A stretch of DNA of 31,471 nucleotides from Kiritimatiellia bacterium (lineage in GTDB: Bacteria; Verrucomicrobiota; Kiritimatiellia; RFP12; UBA1067), in NCBI GenBank assembly GCA_017936245.1, contig JAGBFY010000305.1, forward strand, positions 1 to 31,471, written 5' to 3'. Shown here in pieces: positions 14,152 through 23,079 of the stretch (position 1 is its first letter; the number at the start of each line of letters is the position of its first letter). The position numbers and the translations under genes are program-made. Below the pieces are notes generated by a model, which was given only the letters and a program-made list of their open reading frames with translations, had not been told where the DNA came from and searched no databases.

Positions 14152-15519
14152 ATGACCGGTGAGCAGAAAAACGCATTCAAGCAAGAGGTCACGCACCGCA
14201 TGGGGCGGCGGCTGAACGGCTGGGATTATGCCGGGCGCGGCATATACATGATTACCATCACCATTGAGGGTCGCAGGCCTCTCTTGGGGCGGCTCGTGAA
14301 GATTGGTGGTGAGTGGTCGGTTGAGCTGAGCGCGGCGGGTTGCATTGTGCAAGATTGCCTTGCCGAGATTCCTATGCAGTGGCCCGGCGTGTCGTTGATT
14401 GCCGTGCAGCTGATGCCGGATCATCTGCATTTCATAATCTTCGTTGAGCGTCAGCAACAGAAGCCTCTGGGGGCGATAGTGGGCAGCCTAAAGGCGAAAA
14501 GCACTTCGAGATATTTGGCCGCGCAAGACCTGGCCGCAAGCGCCAAGGCGCAGAACGGGGCGAAGTTCTGGGCGCAAGGCTATGTGGATCTGGTGCTTCT
14601 CAGGCGCGGGCAGCTTGAAAAGATGATTGCCTACCTGCGCGACAACCCGCGGCGGCTTGGGGTAAAGCGCGAGCATCCCGATCTGTTCAAGGTGTTGCGC
14701 GATGTTGAGGCGAAGGGCATGCATTTTAGCGCCATCGGTAATCATTTTCTCCTTGCAGCGCCGGTGATATTCCAGGTTCAGTGCTCGCGCTCGTCTTTCG
14801 CCTGCCGCCGCGAGAGGCTAGATACTTCGCCGCAAGCGGCGAAGCGCAGAATCGAGCTGCAAGCGCCAAGGCGCAGTACTTGGCGAATACTGCGCGATGC
14901 GCAGTGCAGGCCACTTGTTGAGAAGATCACGCCTGAATTTGAGGCAAAGGCAACTGCCGCACTTGAGGCCGCGAAGCGTGGTGCGGTGCTTATATCACCC
15001 TGCATCAGCCACGGTGAGCGTGAAATCGCGCGGCGGGCATTTGAGGCTGGTTATCGTATCATCACCCTCCAGAACAAGGGCTTCTCACCGATATACAAGC
15101 CGGGAGGGAAACTCTTCGACAAATGCGCGGCGGGTAATTTGCTGATACTTGCGCCGATCAACTGGCCATACATCCCAGGTGAGAAGCCGCCTACGCGCGA
15201 ATCATCGCTTGTATTAAACCGCATCGCGCAGTTCCTTGCTGGCGAAGGCGCAGCTGAAATTGACTACAAGGGCGCGACAATGCGCGGCATCGACGACATG
15301 GTGAAGCACCTTTGCGCGAAAGGCCTGGCCGCAAGCGGCCAGGCGCAGAACCAAGTGCAGAACAGCGCAAACGGCCAGTCGCAGAACAGCGCCTGCACCA
15401 AGGCGCAGAACGAGTCGCAGAACAGCGCAAGCGCCAAGAAGCAGCCCAAGAACGCAAACAACAAAGCGCAGTACTGCGCTTCGCCGTGTGCGGCGAAGAA
15501 TCAAGGAAAAGAACTATGA
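14152..15519 (+). CDS. REP-associated tyrosine (Y1/HUH) transposase fused to a DprA/Smf (SLOG)-like domain, with a repeat-derived tail
   Basis: RL.GWDY...G.YMITI, MPDHLHF (HUH), FW..GY.D, YLRDNP (catalytic Tyr). C-terminal half AIGN.FLL...QVQCSR...GAVLISPCIS.GE..IAR.A......GF...YKP.G..FD.CA.G.LLILAP. Confidence 0.85.
   Translation: MTGEQKNAFKQEVTHRMGRRLNGWDYAGRGIYMITITIEGRRPLLGRLVKIGGEWSVELSAAGCIVQDCLAEIPMQWPGVSLIAVQLMPDHLHFIIFVERQQQKPLGAIVGSLKAKSTSRYLAAQDLAASAKAQNGAKFWAQGYVDLVLLRRGQLEKMIAYLRDNPRRLGVKREHPDLFKVLRDVEAKGMHFSAIGNHFLLAAPVIFQVQCSRSSFACRRERLDTSPQAAKRRIELQAPRRSTWRILRDAQCRPLVEKITPEFEAKATAALEAAKRGAVLISPCISHGEREIARRAFEAGYRIITLQNKGFSPIYKPGGKLFDKCAAGNLLILAPINWPYIPGEKPPTRESSLVLNRIAQFLAGEGAAEIDYKGATMRGIDDMVKHLCAKGLAASGQAQNQVQNSANGQSQNSACTKAQNESQNSASAKKQPKNANNKAQYCASPCAAKNQGKEL
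14529..14556 (+). repeat. REP family A unit inside the RAYT catalytic domain
   Basis: CCTGGCCGCAAGCGCCAAGGCGCAGAAC, in frame (LAASAKAQN). Confidence 0.8.
14825..14879 (+). repeat. REP family A unit plus partial tandem copy inside the RAYT C-terminal domain
   Basis: CTTCGCCGC-AA-GCGGCGAAG-CGCAGAAT (perfect 9-bp stem), then GCTGCAAGCGCCAAGGCGCAGTAC. Confidence 0.85.
15324..15498. repeat. REP family A pair enclosing degenerate GCAGAAC tandem repeats at the RAYT 3' end
   Basis: CCTGGCCGC-AA-GCGGCCAGG-CGCAGAAC 15324-15351 (+); GTACTGCGCTTCGCCGTGTGCGGCGAAG 15471-15498 (-); 18-bp perfect palindrome AAGCGCAGTACTGCGCTT 15464-15481. Confidence 0.85.
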
Positions 15520-18500
15520 AAGACACTACAACCCCAATTGGCGCACCGGAACTTGCAACGCAGGCCCGGCTCATCGAGATGTTCGAGCAAGATCTCGGTT
15601 ATGAGTTCCTCGGCAACAAGACAGATGAGGATAACTCCAACATCATTCCCGAACTTCTCAGGGCGAATCTCCTTAACCGAAAAGATAGTGAAGGGAAGCC
15701 GCTATATTCGAAACGTCTTGCGGACGCGGCGATCGTGAAGCTTCAGTCGGAAGCGAAGGACCTCTCATCGGGGCTTTATGCTGCGAACAAGGCCGTCTAT
15801 TCTATCCTGAAATACGGTGCCAAAGTTCAGGACGAGAAAGGCGCAATAAAGACGGTCATGCTTATCGATTGGGATGAAGTCGGTAATAATGATTACCAGA
15901 TAGCAGAGGAAGTGACGGTCGCTGGGCTATATGACAAGAGACCCGATCTCGTCATCTATGTGAACGGCATTGCGCTCGGCCTTGTCGAACTCAAGCGCGC
16001 GAGCGTGTCGGTTGTCAAGGGAATCGCCCAGAACATCGCCAATCACACGAAGGAGATGTTCATCATGCCGTTCTTCACGACGATGCAGCTTCTCACGGCT
16101 GGCAACAACAGCGAGGGGTTGAGATACGGCACGATTGGCACTCCGGCGAAAAAGTATCTCGAATGGAGGCACGATGGATTTGGCCAGCATCCTGATGAAC
16201 GCGATCCTGTTGACGTGCTAATCGAGTCAAAAGCGGCGAAATTCGAGGAGAAGCTCGATTCGCAAGCGTATGAGATGTTCTCGCCGAGCCGCTTCCTGGG
16301 CCTCATACGCAACTTCACGATATTCGACCGGGGCAAGAAGAAGGTTGCCCGCTACAGTCAGTATTACGGCATCAAACGCACCCTTGCGCGTACGGCAAAG
16401 CACGAGGGTGGAATCGTATGGCATTCGCAGGGTTCCGGCAAGTCTATCGAGATGGTGCTTCTCGCCAAGCACGTCATCGAGCGCGATCACGACGGACGCG
16501 TTCTTATCGTCACGGACCGCGAAGAACTCGACGAACAGATCGAAAAGCTATTCATCGGTGTTGACGAGAAGATTCGTCGCACAAAGAGCGGTAAAGATCT
16601 GATTGACGCCATCAACGACACGGCGGGCGGCAATCTCATATGCTCGCTCATCCACAAATTCGGCAAGCATTCTGGCAAAACGGACGAATCCGAGGACAAG
16701 CTCGATGAAGAGGCTGTAGCCAAGTACATCGAGGAACTCAAGGTGGCGCTTCCAGCCGGATTCAAGGTCAAGGGCAATTTCACTATTTTCGTCGATGAAT
16801 GCCATCGCACACAGTCCGGTCTTTTGCATCAGGCGATGAAGGCAATCATGCCGGACGCCATTCTTGTCGGCTATACGGGCACGCCGCTCTTGAAGAAGGA
16901 CAAGAAGACGTCGATGGAGGTGTTCGGCCCTTATATTCACACCTACAAGTTTCCAGAGGCCGTGCGTGACGGAGTGGTTCTCGATCTTCGCTATGAAGCG
17001 CGCGACATCCCGCAGGATGTTACCGCCAAGAAGGAAATTGATGCTTGGTTCGAGGCAAAGACCGCAGGGCTTACTGACAGGGCAAAGGCGCGCCTGAAGG
17101 AGAAATGGGCTACGATGCAGAATGTCGTATCCTCCAAGTCGCGTCTCGGAAAGATTGTCGAGGATATCATTCTCGACTTCGCCACGAAGCCACGCCTCAT
17201 GAACGGCTCTGGCAACGCGATGCTCGTCGCGGATGATATCCTCACCGCCTGCAAGTTCTACAACCTATTCCACGAGCACGAGTTCAAGGGGTGTGCAGTC
17301 ATTTCTTCGTATGTTCCTGCGCCAAGCGACATCTCTACCTCGGTGGTCGATCCAGAACACCGGACGGATGAGGAGGTCTAGTACGGCACCTACTGCAAGA
17401 TGATTGGCGTCAAGCCGGGCGAAGATGTAAAGTCAATAGCCAAGAAGGTCGAGAACTTCGAGAAGGAGGCGAAGCGTCAGTTCGTGGATGAGCCGGCCAA
17501 CATGAAGCTTCTCATCGTCGTGGACAAGCTTCTGACTGGATTCGACGCGCCGCCTTGCACATATCTTTACCTTGATAAGCACATGCAGGATCATGGGCTC
17601 TTCCAGGCGATCTGCCGCGTAAATAGACTTGACGACGAGACCAAGGACTTCGGCTATATAGTGGATTACCGCAAGCTCTTTGGAGATTTACAGGATTCCC
17701 TTGCGATGTACTCAAGCGACAAGGCGTTCGCCGGGTACGATGCGGAGGATGTGGATGGCTTCGTCAAGAATGTCGTCAAGGAATCAAGCGAGCGCTTCAA
17801 AACAATCCTCGCCGCACTTGACGCACTCTGCGAGGGTGTCGAGTCTCCCGCACAGGGGCCGCAGTACCGCGCGTATTTCGGCTGCCAGGGCGCGGACACG
17901 CCCGAGGAGGAGACGCAATACGGACAGAGGCGCGAGAAGCTCTACCGACTCGTCGGCGCACTTGTACGCGCGTATGCCGTGTTCGCTCCTCGCATGGAGA
18001 GCGCCAAGGTGCCGCAAGCCGACAGGGATTTCTACGCTGCCCGCGTGAAGTTCTATCTCGAGCTTCGCAACGACATCGGCCAGGCGAGTGGTGATTTCCT
18101 CGACCTCAAGCCCTACGAGCCAGATATGCGTTATCTCATCGACACATACATTGCCGCCGGCGAGAGTGAACGCTTGACCACACTCGAGAACTTCTCCCTT
18201 TTGGACTTCATTGATGATAAATCAAATGGCAACGAGTCTGAGTTCATGTCAAAGGAGGAGCAGGACAATGTCGCCGAGACGATAGAGAATAACGCGGCGA
18301 AAGAACTCGTCCACAAGAGGCTCATGAACCCTGCGTTCTTCGAGCGCATGTCTGTAGTCCTCAAGAAACTCATTGAAGACCGCAAGGCTGGCGTGATCGA
18401 ATACAAGAAGCTCCTTGAAGAATACAAAAAACTTGCGGAGGAGATCAAGAATCCATCCGTATCGGGGCGCTATCCTGCATCCATTGCCGGATCGCCCGTC

Positions 18501-18701
18501 AAGGAGGCGCTCTACGACAACTTTGGCGAGGACGAGAAGCTGACACTTGCCCTGCACAAGGCGTTTCTTGGCTCCAAGCTGCAAGGCTTCAAGTACAACA
18601 TCGCCAAGCAGAACCAGATCAAGAGCGCGCTTTTCGCCGTTCTCAAGGATGACGACAAGGTTGAAGCCGTGTATAAGATACTTGAAGCACAGGAGGCGTA
18701 G
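15516..18701 (+). pseudogene. hsdR: Type I R-M restriction subunit R with one in-frame TAG (17379-17381)
   Basis: RPDLVIYVNGI.LG.VELK, WHSQGSGKS, VDECHR, GYTGTP, IVVDKLLTGFDAP, QAICRVNR. ORFs 15312..17381 and 17400..18701 are in the same frame, separated only by the TAG. ATGA overlap with RAYT. Confidence 0.92.
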
Positions 18702-18705
18702 GGAA

Positions 18706-19437
18706 GTGGAACTGAAAGTCGGAGACGTGCCTGTTGCGGTTCGCCGAAAGGCAATCAAGCACATGCATCTGTATGTAGAACCGCCTGACGGCAGTGTTCT
18801 CGTCAGCGCACCCAAAGAGGCGTCTGACGAGGAGGTGCTGTTTTTCGTGCGGGAGAACTTCGGCTGGGTTCTGCGGCAACGCAACGGAATGCTTGCGCAG
18901 CGACGCCAGCCGCCGCGCAAGTACACCTCCGGCGAAACCCACTACCTCTGGGGCGAACAGTATTTTCTTGAACTCGTCAAACAGGACGGCTGGGGTGGAA
19001 TTAAGATTTCCGGCAATACGCTGACCATGCTTGCGCTGCTGGAATCGACAGAGAAGTCACGTCGCGATTACATGACGGAGTGGGAGCGCTCGCTCCTTTC
19101 AGATGCGGTAAACCGCACCTTGCCGCTCTGGGAGAAGAGGACTGGACTGAATGTCCAACGATTCTCCATCATGAATATGAGGCGAAGCTGGGGTAAATGC
19201 AACCCCAAAAAGGAGAGCGTTATCTTCAATCTCCAGCTTGTCCGAAAGCCGAAGGAAGCGCTCAACTACATAATCCTGCACGAGCTTTGCCACCTCAAGA
19301 CCCGCACACACGGCAAAGAGTTTATCGCGCTTATGGATCGCTTCATGCCCGACTGGCGCGAAGTTCGCAAGCGCCTCAATGATTCACCACTTGATTACGT
19401 GAGCGGCGAGAAATCAAAAGATGGAGAGGCAACCTGA
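18706..19437 (+). CDS. M48/YgjP (DUF45, SprT-like) zinc metallopeptidase typical of type I R-M loci
   Basis: RKAIKHMHLYV.PPDG.V.VSAP, MRRSWG.CN, YIILHELCHL...HG..F...MD..MP.WR; GTG start at 18706. Confidence 0.9.
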   Translation: MELKVGDVPVAVRRKAIKHMHLYVEPPDGSVLVSAPKEASDEEVLFFVRENFGWVLRQRNGMLAQRRQPPRKYTSGETHYLWGEQYFLELVKQDGWGGIKISGNTLTMLALLESTEKSRRDYMTEWERSLLSDAVNRTLPLWEKRTGLNVQRFSIMNMRRSWGKCNPKKESVIFNLQLVRKPKEALNYIILHELCHLKTRTHGKEFIALMDRFMPDWREVRKRLNDSPLDYVSGEKSKDGEAT

Positions 19438-19528
19438 GCGACAGCAGAAAAGGGACTGGCCGTAGCCTCGCGGGAAAACGTCTACCGCCGCTTGATCCTT
19501 TCGTGCCTTGCAACGACATGAGACAACG

Positions 19529-19794
19529 ATGGCATACTCTATAGACAGTCTTGAAGTTGCGGACAATCCGATTGTGCTGTTCAGGGGCATCGTCGGAAGC
19601 CGGGCATACGGAACGCAGAACGCGAGCAGCGACACGGACGTTCGCGGAATCTTCGTAGTGCCTTCCGCCGAGTATGCGAGGCTTGTCCAGCCGCCGAGAC
19701 AGGTCTCAGACGAGCGAAACGACAGAACGTATTGTTCGCTTGTTCGATTCTGCGAGCTGATATCCGAGGCGAACCCGACAACGATGGAGAATCT
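19529..19794 (+). pseudogene. Pol-beta superfamily nucleotidyltransferase (RlaP/Nuc-transf-like), truncated
   Basis: GIVGSRAYGTQN.SSD.DVRGIF (GS...DxD motif)...ANPTTME.L, then switches to repeat-derived sequence. Confidence 0.8.
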
Positions 19795-19933
19795 GGGGAC
19801 ATACCCTTCAAGAAGAGTGGGAAAATCAAGGGACACACCCTTTGAGAAGGTTGGATAAGTTAAAAAGAGTGGGTGGATATTTGATTAATTGGATGATTTC
19901 TGTTGATTCTTGTGGGGACAGACCCTTCAAGAA
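19795..19933 (+). repeat. Three ~20-bp direct repeats GGGGACA(T/C/G)ACCCTT(C/T)(A/G)AGAA
   Basis: Copies at 19795-19814, 19829-19848 and 19914-19933. Confidence 0.8.
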
Positions 19934-20064
19934 TCAACGAGCAGGCTGTCTGTTGTACGGATGAAAAGTCAAGAGCTCTTCGAGAAGTAATGCGCAAGCT
20001 GCGCGTTGTACGGGTGGGGTTAATGTAAATGGATGGGATAGGATTTCGTCCGCCCCGTAATCTT

Positions 20065-20144
20065 GAGAATCAGTCCAAACCGTGTTCTCATTGATTCACC
20101 GTCTCATCAAAAGCAAGAGAATCGTTCCGAAGTGAATTCTCATT
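20065..20144. repeat. Two 28-bp direct repeats (21/28 identical), each with GAGAA...TTCTC inverted ends
   Basis: 20065-20092 and 20117-20144. Confidence 0.6.
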
Positions 20145-20147
20145 TTG

Positions 20148-20185
20148 GGCAACAGGTCGGACGCATGCAATGCGTCCGTCAGGAC
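20148..20185. repeat. REP-like element family B, copy 1
   Basis: GGCAAC-A-GGTC-GGACGCAT-GCA-ATGCGTCC-GTCAGGAC; 37/38 identical to 25657-25694. Confidence 0.85.
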
Positions 20186-20206
20186 TAGGGGGGCGGCGGC
20201 AAATCG

Positions 20207-20265
20207 TGGGCAACGTCCCCGCTGCTCGTGCGTCGGCGAATCGCGGGCAACGAGGACGCTGCCCC
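20207..20265. repeat. Inverted pair of REP-like units, family C (REPIN-like)
   Basis: TGGGCAACGTCCCCGCTGCTCG 20207-20228 versus the reverse complement of CGGGCAACGAGGACGCTGCCCC 20244-20265 (17/22). Confidence 0.6.
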
Positions 20266-20378
20266 TCCCTGGTTTTGCAAGTGCCTCAGGAAGATCTAGT
20301 TGGAGTTTTGAGGTTGCAGAGAAAGGAAACGAAACGTGAATGATAAAGTGAGCTGGAAAGAGCAGATGCGCCAGCTAT

Positions 20379-20441
20379 GGGTCAGGAGACCCTCATGGTA
20401 AAGGTCAAGTGACCCTCAGGGTAAGGGTCAGGTGACCCTTA
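20379..20441. repeat. Three palindromic units with exact 23-bp period, consensus GGGTCA-NN-TGACCC
   Basis: Units start at 20379, 20402 and 20425; the third is AAGGGTCA-GG-TGACCCTT. Confidence 0.8.
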
Positions 20442-20622
20442 TGCCCTAGGCCTTGCAAGTTGCTTTGGGGTGGGATGTGTGAGAGAAGATTCTTTCCGCT
20501 TTTGCTCTCCACAAAAATTCCGCTTTTGAAATCCACCATGTCGCCCAAGTGTTCAGGTGCGTTTGCAAGTGTGCATAATCTTATGCGAGAGATGGTATAA
20601 ATATGTGGTAAAGGAGGATGAT

Positions 20623-20706
20623 ATGTTCACGGCGACACCAACAGAAATTACTGATAAAAGTTATCGGTTTTATTACGGCATACATGGTATAATATATGGC
20701 CTTTAG
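20623..20706 (+). CDS. 27-aa small ORF (MFTATPTEITDKSYRFYYGIHGIIYGL) or truncated gene start
   Basis: Perfect SD AAGGAGG at 20611-20617 and a TGGTATAA -10-like box just upstream. Confidence 0.35.
   Translation: MFTATPTEITDKSYRFYYGIHGIIYGL
20685..20693 (+). promoter_or_regulatory. Extended -10 promoter for the pfl operon
   Basis: TGGTATAAT about 15 nt upstream of the riboswitch. Confidence 0.65.
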
Positions 20707-20707
20707 C

Positions 20708-20796
20708 GGAACTGACGATGACAGGCGTGTGCCTGAAGTGGAGCTTACCACATGAACCGCGTTCGGGTTAGCCCGATAGAGTCGTTCGTCTGGGCA
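20708..20796 (+). ncRNA. ZTP/ZMP (pfl RNA) riboswitch
   Basis: TGACAGGCG ... GTGGA-GCTT-ACCACATGAA (P2 and conserved junction) ... linker hairpin TCGGG-TTAG-CCCGA ... GTCG-TT-CGTC-TGGGCA (P3 with pseudoknot loop); directly upstream of pflB, the canonical association. Confidence 0.88.
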
Positions 20797-20823
20797 TTAT
20801 TCAAATAAAAGGAGGAATCTCCA

Positions 20824-23079
20824 ATGAATATTGCAGATACAAACATTCCCGCTTGGGAAGGATTTACTGGTGGACAGTGGCAGAAGGATATTGATACCGC
20901 TGTTTTTGTGCGTTTGAACTATACTCCTTACGAGGATGGACCCGAGTTTCTGGCCGATGCCACTCCCGCTACGGAGGCTCTTTGGAACAAATTGCAGTCT
21001 CTCCAGAAGGAGGAACGCGCCAAGGGTGGCGTTCTCGATATGGATACGGATGTAGTCTCGTCGATAACATCCCATGCTCCCGGCTACCTCGACAAGGATC
21101 TTGAAAAGGTTGTCGGTCTGCAGACTGACAAGCCCCTGAAGCGCGCATTCATGCCGTATGGCGGCATAAAAATGGCTGAAGAGGCTCTCAAGACATATGG
21201 CTACACGCCGAACCCCGATCTGCATCGCATCTTCACCGAATACCACAAGACGCACAATCAGGGTGTCTTCGATGCCTACACCCCTGAAATGCGAATCGCC
21301 CGCAAGAACAAGATCATCACCGGTCTTCCTGACTCCTATGGACGCGGGCGCATCGTCGGCGACTACCGGCGTGTTGCGCTTTACGGCATTGACCGTCTTA
21401 TCGCCGCCAAGGAACATGACCTTCCGATGGTCGGTGCGGGTTCCATGCCGGAGGACGTAATCCGCGGACGCGAGGAGGTGTCGGCGCAGATCCGCGCTCT
21501 CAAGGCCATGAAGGAGATGGCGGCGAGCTATGGATACGACATCTCCAGCCCGGCGGAGAATGCCCGCGAGGCTGTGCAGTGGACGTATTTCGGCTATCTT
21601 GCCGCAATCAAGACGCAGAACGGCGCGGCGATGTCCATTGGACGAATCTCCACGTTCCTCGACATCTACATCGAGCGCGACATCAAGCGCGGCATTCTCA
21701 CTGAATCAGAGGCGCAGGAGCTTATCGACCATCTCGTGATGAAGTTCCGCATGGTGAAGTTCGCCCGCGTTCCGAGCTACAACGAGCTTTTCAGCGGCGA
21801 CCCCGTGTGGGCGACAATCAACCTCGCCGGAATGTGCGGCGACGGACGCAGCATGGTCACGAAGACCGACTACCGCATCCTGCACACGCTTGAGACCATG
21901 GGGCCGTCTCCGGAGCCGAACCTCACGGTCCTCTACTCGCCTCGTCTTCCGAAGAAGTTCAAGGACTATGCGGCAAGGGTGTCGATCGACTCCAGCAGCG
22001 TGCAGTACGAGAACGACGAGATCATGCGCCGCGTATGGAGCGACGACTATGCAATCTGCTGCTGCGTGTCCGCAACGCAGACCGGCAAGGAGATGCAGTT
22101 CTTCGGTGCGCGCGCGAACCTTGCGAAGTGCCTTCTCTACGCCATCAACGGCGGTGTGGACGAGGTGACGCGAGTTCAGGTGGGACCGGAGTTCCGTCCG
22201 ATCATGTCGGAGGTTCTCGACTACAACGAGGTTCTGCATGCGTATGAGCAGATGATGGATTGGCTTGCCGGACTTTACGTGCATACGCTCAACATCATCC
22301 ACTTCATGCACGACCGCTACAACTACGAGGCGTCGCAGATGGCGCTCATCGATACTGATGTCGCGCGTTCGTTCGCGACGGGCATTGCGGGCTTCTCGCA
22401 TGCGGTCGATTCGCTTTCGGCGATCAAGTATGCCAAGGTGAGCGTGATACGCGATGAGGCCGGTCTTGCCGTGGACTATAAGGTGGAAGGCGACTTTCCC
22501 CGCTACGGAAACGACGACGAACGCGTCGACGCCATCGGCGAGTGGCTGCTTACGGAGTTCATGCGCAAGGTGAAGAGCCATCACACCTACCGCAACGCAA
22601 TGCCGACTACTTCGATTCTCACGATCACGTCGAACGTCGTGTACGGCAAGGCAACGGGTTCCATGCCTGACGGCAGGAAGGCCGGCGAGCCGCTTTCTCC
22701 CGGCGCGAACCCGGCATACGGAGCCGAGCAGAGCGGACTTCTCGCCTCGCTCAACTCTGTCGCGAAGCTTCCGTACGAATACGCGCTTGACGGCATCTCC
22801 AATACGCAGACCATCCATCCTTCCGCACTCGGCAATGATCCGGAAACGCGCGTCAATACGCTCGTATCTGTAATGGACGGATATTTCAAGAAGGGTGCGC
22901 ACCACCTGAACGTCAATGTGTTCGGAACGGAGAAGCTCATCGACGCGATGGAGCATCCGGAGAAGCCGGAATACGCAAACTTCACGATCCGCGTGAGCGG
23001 CTATGCCGTGAAGTTTATCGACCTTACGCGTGAACAGCAGCTTGACGTCATCAAGCGCACATGCCACAAGAGCCTGTGA
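20824..23079 (+). CDS. pflB: Pyruvate formate-lyase (formate C-acetyltransferase)
   Basis: [22 protein letters not shown], active-site ICCCVS, glycyl radical TIRVSGYAV; SD AAGGAGG. Confidence 0.98.
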   Translation: MNIADTNIPAWEGFTGGQWQKDIDTAVFVRLNYTPYEDGPEFLADATPATEALWNKLQSLQKEERAKGGVLDMDTDVVSSITSHAPGYLDKDLEKVVGLQTDKPLKRAFMPYGGIKMAEEALKTYGYTPNPDLHRIFTEYHKTHNQGVFDAYTPEMRIARKNKIITGLPDSYGRGRIVGDYRRVALYGIDRLIAAKEHDLPMVGAGSMPEDVIRGREEVSAQIRALKAMKEMAASYGYDISSPAENAREAVQWTYFGYLAAIKTQNGAAMSIGRISTFLDIYIERDIKRGILTESEAQELIDHLVMKFRMVKFARVPSYNELFSGDPVWATINLAGMCGDGRSMVTKTDYRILHTLETMGPSPEPNLTVLYSPRLPKKFKDYAARVSIDSSSVQYENDEIMRRVWSDDYAICCCVSATQTGKEMQFFGARANLAKCLLYAINGGVDEVTRVQVGPEFRPIMSEVLDYNEVLHAYEQMMDWLAGLYVHTLNIIHFMHDRYNYEASQMALIDTDVARSFATGIAGFSHAVDSLSAIKYAKVSVIRDEAGLAVDYKVEGDFPRYGNDDERVDAIGEWLLTEFMRKVKSHHTYRNAMPTTSILTITSNVVYGKATGSMPDGRKAGEPLSPGANPAYGAEQSGLLASLNSVAKLPYEYALDGISNTQTIHPSALGNDPETRVNTLVSVMDGYFKKGAHHLNVNVFGTEKLIDAMEHPEKPEYANFTIRVSGYAVKFIDLTREQQLDVIKRTCHKSL

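Larger units (their letters stand above)
668..19794. mobile_element. Degenerate integrative/defence island (integrase, TA pair, umuCD remnants, type I R-M operon with cargo)
   Basis: Tyrosine integrase plus accessory gene content, bounded by two truncated genes (GH2 left, nucleotidyltransferase right). No att direct repeat found, so boundaries are approximate. Confidence 0.6.

Noticed and set aside
15312-15515. ORF-track N-terminal extensions (hsdR from 15312, hsdM from 6428, AlbA from 8751, M48 from 18547, DUF2490 from 25051)
   Set aside because: They overlap the neighbouring genes. SD sites and ATGA/GTGA couplings support starts at 15516, 6485, 8895, 18706 and 24514.
17379-17381. Genome-wide TAG reassignment
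   Set aside because: TAG terminates hsdR (18699-18701), pflA (23802-23804) and the DUF6259 gene normally, and no other gene has an internal TAG.
19795-20144. CRISPR array
   Set aside because: Only 2-3 degenerate repeats, irregular spacers (14 and 65 nt; 24 nt), and no cas genes.
668-20150. attL/attR direct repeats or target-site duplication bounding the island
   Set aside because: No shared sequence was found by eye between the junctions at ~668 and ~19795-20150.
20651-20667. FNR/Rex operator upstream of pflB (TGATAA-AAG-TTATC)
   Set aside because: The spacing and arms fit neither TTGAT-N4-ATCAA nor the Rex consensus; too weak to call.
21706-23067. 453-aa minus-strand ORF (likewise 2083..2790, 2297..2923, 18249..18926, 29377..30231)
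   Set aside because: These are antisense shadows of well-supported genes in GC-rich DNA, with no recognisable motifs.
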